Below, piece after piece: positions 30,094-64,000 of a DNA stretch of 64,000 bases. The notes beneath the pieces are model-generated. The model was not told the DNA's origin, made no database searches, and saw only the letters and a list, made by a program, of their open reading frames with translations. This DNA comes from Chrysomallon squamiferum (taxonomy: Eukaryota; Animalia; Mollusca): NCBI GenBank assembly GCA_012295275.1, contig CM022670.1, positions 11,098,001 to 11,162,000 on the forward strand, given 5' to 3'. Each line of letters begins with the position of its first letter. Within the stretch, counting starts at the first letter, position 1. The position numbers and the translations under genes were made by a program.

Positions 30094-33000
30094 TGTCTTT
30101 TTAAATCCAACATTACTTTATTATTTGCTAACTGGGAAAACGTGAAAATAATTCTAAAAATAGGGTATTTATTTCTCTACGTATAAACTTGGCATTATCA
30201 TTATGTGTGTAATTGCAAGTCTGTGTGGAAAGGTTTTTTTTTTTTGTTGTTGTTTTTTTTTGTCAGATGACATGTTTTCAGCATTTATAAATATATTTTG
30301 AATGTTGACATTTCTTATAAATGCTATCAGTATTTATACTGGACCTGGTTACTTATTTTACATGAATTTATGTGATTATTTAATTTTGTATACCAAATGT
30401 ATATTAAATGTATATTAAATGTTGTGAGTTCATTTTTGTGGGATCATATGTAATGTTGTTTTTCATAGGTCCATTTATATGTATTTTATGATTTATGGCA
30501 TACATATTATAAACATAAAAACATGTAAATATATTTGCTTTATTTTATGACATTATTTATATTTTTATTGATTAAAAACCTTTATGACACTCTCTATATT
30601 TAATACAATAATTTCCCACACATAAATGTCAACTAGATGTAATTATGGTTAAAATGTTATTCAGTGGAAATACCTGAACTATGAATGATGCGTTTAAGAG
30701 AAAATGTTAATGACTCTTTATTAATTTTGAATGCACTGCTGAAGGAAAGGTAACTCTTACTGTAATATTATAAAATGGCACACCACTATTTATTCTGTAA
30801 ATCTTGGTTGCACTTGATAAACAAGTAATTTATACTGGGAAAAGTCTCAATAGACTATAAATGAATAATTTAACCAATTAAAATGACAAGAGAGTGATTA
30901 GTACTGAAAATATTAATGCAGATGAATTGTGAAATGCCTTTTTGTCTTTATAATCAATTTTCACAATCTGTTGTTTGAAAATAATACAGCATAATTATGC
31001 TTGCCTAGGCAACTTTCTGTGATGTGAATTTGTAAATAATCATTATTATTTAAAAAAAAAAAAAAATGTTAATGTATTAATAATAAAGATTTTTTTTAAA
31101 ATATAACTTTTTTTTCTTCTACATTTAGCTTTATGATATTACATTTTTATTATTATTTAAAAATATATGTTATATTAGATAGTTAGTTAGCTTCAGGAAA
31201 TTCAACAGAATATTAGTGGAAATTATGTATCAAATACAGACTAGAGTCTGTGTAATTTTGTAATCAAAAGGTTAGTTATATCTCTGACAGTTTTATTATT
31301 ATTATTTTTTAAACTAATATGCAAAGTGAACTGCATTAAAAAAAATATAGTGCAACATCAATATCAGTACCTAAAATTCAATTTCTAACCTGTTAATGGA
31401 TATATTTATTCTAGTTTTAATCCATGGTGCTGTATAATATATTCATTAAACAGTCTATCTAGAATTAAGTATTAAAAAAAAATATTCTTAAATATTTATC
31501 CATTTCTTTCTTACTGTCAGATGTATTTTATTTGTATATGAATGTGATTTTCTTTTATTCAGTAATTTCTTCTTTTTTTCTCTTTTTTTTTTTTCACGTT
31601 TATTAATTTTTACAATATTTTTTGGACCATTTCATTTAAAATTCAATAGAAATATTTCTGCTCTGCTATCTTTTGACTCAATATACACCATATTAAAAAC
31701 TTGAATTTACAATAAACCATAAAATTAATGAAAACTATTGTACCATTTTGGTATGATTTCACATTAATATAAATTATAAAAAATAAAACACAGATTTCTG
31801 GCATGAACCTTAATAAATATATTGTTAATTTAAGAAATTTATAACATACTGATTACAGTTCATTGCAGAAATTTGTTTTAAATTTTTCTTTATTATTTTT
31901 TTTTTAATGTGTGTTGTTTTAATAATTAAACATTATTTTTAACTTGAATAAAGATAAGGTGATGTCATATCCTTGTCAATAAATCGGTCATAAAGCTGTT
32001 CTCCTGTATTTTAGAATAGCTCAGTAAAATGCTTTTTGTATTTAATACAGAGAAATTCCTTTCAACCAGCTCAATAAATTATTTTATTTTTTATGTTTCA
32101 AAGAATAACCTTCCATTATTATTTTTTTATTATATGTTTGTGTGTGTGTGTGCGTGCCTGTTTGAAAACTAAGAAGAAAAGATTTTCTAGTGAAGCTTAC
32201 AATGTTTCATTGTTGTCCACTTATGCAAACCATTGTTTACTTAGCTTATCAAAGTTCTGCAACTTGGACACCTTTTAATAAACTATTCATCTTTATGGCT
32301 ACTTACCTAGGCACAAAGATGAATGGTTAATAAACACTGGGGGATTGAATAGCAATTATGCAGTGAGAAATTCATTATTGCTTTAATTAGTTGTTACAAT
32401 CAGACAGAAATAACAATAAACACTTTGGTAACAATAAATAATTTTATTCCTATGAAGCAGAATGAACGTGTTTATTTCTGTACAAATGTAAAGATGTAAT
32501 CTGAATGGTACAAATTTTTCTTTTGTAAACAAACTCATTATCAGAGTGGTTAATTAAATATATATATTTTAATTTCTGTCCCCAACAAAAACAAGAATAA
32601 AAAATATAAGAAATAGCATATAATTTATATTATGTTGAACATCAAATTAAAGTTTTAGTCAGCTTCTTTAATTAATATTGTAAAAATAAAATTTACTTGG
32701 AAAATATTTGATTCTCCTTGTATTTAAATATAAATTTTTTTCGTCTGATCAGCACAACTAATACTGAAGATAACTGAAAAACTAATCACATGCAACTGTG
32801 GATTTTACATGCTATAATAATTACTGCTAACTACTTTTTATCAAAAACATTTAACAAAATAAATAACTGTATGGCTATAATTGAGAGTTTGTCCTCCAAT
32901 GCAAAGTTCTTAATAGCAAATATGAAGGTTGCTCAATTATTTTAAGTCTTGAATCTGACCTTTTTATATCTTTTAAGGTCTTGCACAATCCTTACAATAG

Positions 33001-33330
33001 TTACATTTGATGTATTATTTCATAAAGAATGTAAAAATATCAATGTCAATTTATTTTTAATTAACACAGATATCGATAGATTCTGCAATACAAATTAAAA
33101 ACAAAACCCCCAAAAAACACAATTAAATCCAATAGAAATGATTTTAACAAAATCTTTCACCATTTTTAATAAGAATAATAATAATAAAACACTGTACAAA
33201 GTTACTTTCTTTCAAAGTACCACAGTCTTACATTTTTGGCATTTGGTTATATTTTGCTGGGTTTTATTATTTTTTTTAAAAAGGTTGTTCATATGACCAT
33301 GAAATCAAATTTCTGAATGAGTTTTCTGGT

Positions 33331-61495
<28,165 letters not shown>

Positions 61496-62203
61496 AATCG
61501 TAGGCCTGTAGAAAACAATAATGAAATTTGTCTTTAAAAATAAAAATAAGCAAAAATTAAATTAAAAATGATTAAACAGATTTATTTTTATTTGTCAGTA
61601 CATAATTATGATTTTATGATTATAATGTTCAGCTAAAAAAAAAAGATTATAAGCCTTCAATTTTTGTATTACTATTCATCATTAAAGTGCAGCAGTGTAT
61701 GCACGTGTGATATTAATCTTCATTTTGCAAACATTTGATTAGCAGTCTTTACTGATTTTTTTCAGTTTTAAGCATTTGTATCATGCTGATATAATAAATA
61801 TAAAATTTACCAAAAATGTACTACTAATCAGAACTCACTGAATATCAGTGTTTGCTGTCATTTAACAACTGCAGCCAAAAATAATCTTGCACGAATTATC
61901 TCCCCTTTATAACATTTTTTGTTTTCTTCCCTTATTTTTCTTTTTAAAATTAAATTGATAGTTAATAAGCATTTTGAACAGATATAATATCAAATAAATG
62001 GCAAAGGTTCATAACATTCATAAACTAACTTAAAATTTCTAATTATCATATAGTACTGCAGTCTTGATGCTAGGTTACAGTTTAGAATATTTTGAATATA
62101 TTTGAATTTTTTTTGATTGGTAAACCTTGGGAAAAGTCTGACATTTTTTTAAATATTTGTTTTCTTTTAGGAAAAATTAAATACAAAATAAAAGCACTAT
62201 CGG

Positions 62204-62242
<39 letters not shown>

Positions 62243-63179
62243 TGTCTGTGGGTCTGTGTGCGTGTGTTTTAAAATAATCAGCATAACATTGTGTGGAGAA
62301 CTTTAAAACCACAAACACATACCAAGTAACAAAACATTTTTGTTTCATGTTCATTTAATGTCATGACAATTCATTATAACTTATATAAGGTATTATGGCT
62401 TAGCTGTGACTGATGATGATTACAGATTTGTTTGTTTTTTTAATAATTATGAATGATTTGCTAGGCTTTAGCATCTGATAAAGATTGTTGTAAGCTATGT
62501 CTTATTTAAAAGACAAATAAATTATCTTATTAATTCAGTATTTCATTTTTTTTTTATATGACAGGAAACAACATTAAATGCATCATTATTTATTGTTTAC
62601 TTGTGTATATATTATCTGCACAGTCCATATGAAATCAGTGCCACCATCACACTAATGCTTGCTAATGTAAGTTGTAACATACAGTTTTTTGTTTTATAAT
62701 ATTAATAATAATAATATGGATTTATTTGATAATCCGTTTTATTCTGTTGTTGTTTTTTATATATTTATTTTATTTTATTTTATTTTTTTTTATTATTATT
62801 ATTATTTTTTTTTTTTTTTAACCCTGCACTTAATATAATTATAAGCAACTGTTTTACTTATTTACACGGAAAAGCTAAAATAAATATGTTGATGATGAAT
62901 AATTTGATTGTTGATGACATGCTTTTTAGCTGATCATTTTCAACAACTTAACACTAACATAAAAGCAACAGTATGTCCATAACACAAATGATGACAAGTC
63001 AGTTCCTGAAGTATGTAACCATTATGATTAGGCCATGGGTTAATACGCCCCTGACAAGTAGTATGACATCCCCGTATAATCTGTGAAATCTTTCACATCT
63101 TTCTGTTTAAGATGAAATACAAAATCTTCGAACATAAAATAGTAAACTTTTAATAATCATGGAGTTGAGTTGACGATAA

Positions 63180-63460
63180 AACGACATTAATAGTATACGG
63201 AAACACCCTAAATTGGAGTATTAATCGTACTAAAACCCAATATATTGACTATTATTTGAGACATAAGCTAACTTTTTATAGAATTATATTAATTTAGTTT
63301 CAGACGACAACCAACCTTTCGAAGAATGTTCCTTAAAATTTCAAAACAGATAATATGATTTTTTAGAATAAAAAGTTTCACGTTGACGTATATTTGCACA
63401 TGCGTACAAATGTCAATAGGGATCTTCCTTTTCCGGTCTGAACGGCATCAGGTAAAGTTC
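63180..63460. promoter_or_regulatory. Probable YIPF5 promoter and non-coding first exon region
   Basis: Locally CpG-richer and upstream of the YIPF5 ATG exon. Has TTCCGG (Ets), TGACGT, and a candidate minus-strand donor AAG|GTTGGT at 63315. Confidence 0.45.
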
Positions 63461-64000
63461 GTGTTATTTTGTGGAATCGCAATCTGACACTATTTTGTAA
63501 TTCTTGCTGCATCCATTATTTACTGATACTGTATGAAATTATAAATTTTCTCTTCTTTCATAATATAACAGTTTCTGACAGTATACTTTTTACGATAACT
63601 AGAAAACGTGTATATTAACACTCTTAATCTAATCGCAGTCATAAGGTGTCGATCATTATGAATATATATATATAATAGTGTACTTCAGCAGTGTGCATAA
63701 AAGTGAAACAATATTCACTTTCAACAGTTAAGTTTATCAATTCTGAGTTTGCAAATTTAAGCAGTTAATGAGATAAACTGTTATAACAATAAATATAAAT
63801 GTGTTTGCAAGCCTAAATAACATTTTGAAATGAAAATAATCCGTCAAAACATCCCCAGCAAACCCTGTCAAAATCTCCCAACCACTCACTGACTCAGCTA
63901 GAAATAAGTAAATGCTGTTAGCGTTAATCAAGTAAAACATGCTATTTAATTAGTGCTTTTATCATTGTTTTTATTTCACAGTGCTGTTAAAATGTAAATT

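Noticed and set aside
62988-63054. Box C/D-like arrangement (ATGATGA...CTGA...CTGA) on +
   Set aside because: Antisense to the only possible host (YIPF5), no convincing terminal stem and no rRNA guide I could verify.

Overview
AT-rich, microsatellite-dense eukaryotic genomic DNA from an invertebrate animal, probably a lophotrochozoan such as a mollusc (inferred from composition and protein divergence). Five protein-coding genes were rebuilt by hand from splice sites and reading frames. (1) An otopetrin proton-channel gene on +, 5'-truncated by the window, 7 visible exons, 1..16848. It has two apparent GC-AG introns, a 1-nt frameshift in exon 4 and a candidate alternative first exon. (2) CCDC134 on -, 6 exons, 256 aa, whose first intron is U12-type. 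(3) YIPF6 on +, 7 exons, head-to-head with CCDC134 across 246 bp, with a 1-nt frameshift in exon 6. (4) YIPF5 on -, 6 coding exons, 254 aa, tail-to-tail with YIPF6. (5) A kekkon-like LRR-Ig single-pass receptor (723 aa, one coding exon) nested antisense in the 23.3-kb intron of YIPF5. The rest is introns and intergenic DNA with micro- and minisatellites, a fold-back element and probable decayed transposon fragments. I found no prokaryote-type system such as CRISPR. The two frameshifts are most likely assembly indels. I cannot show from sequence alone that anything here is a new biological system; the most unusual points are gene architecture and splicing.
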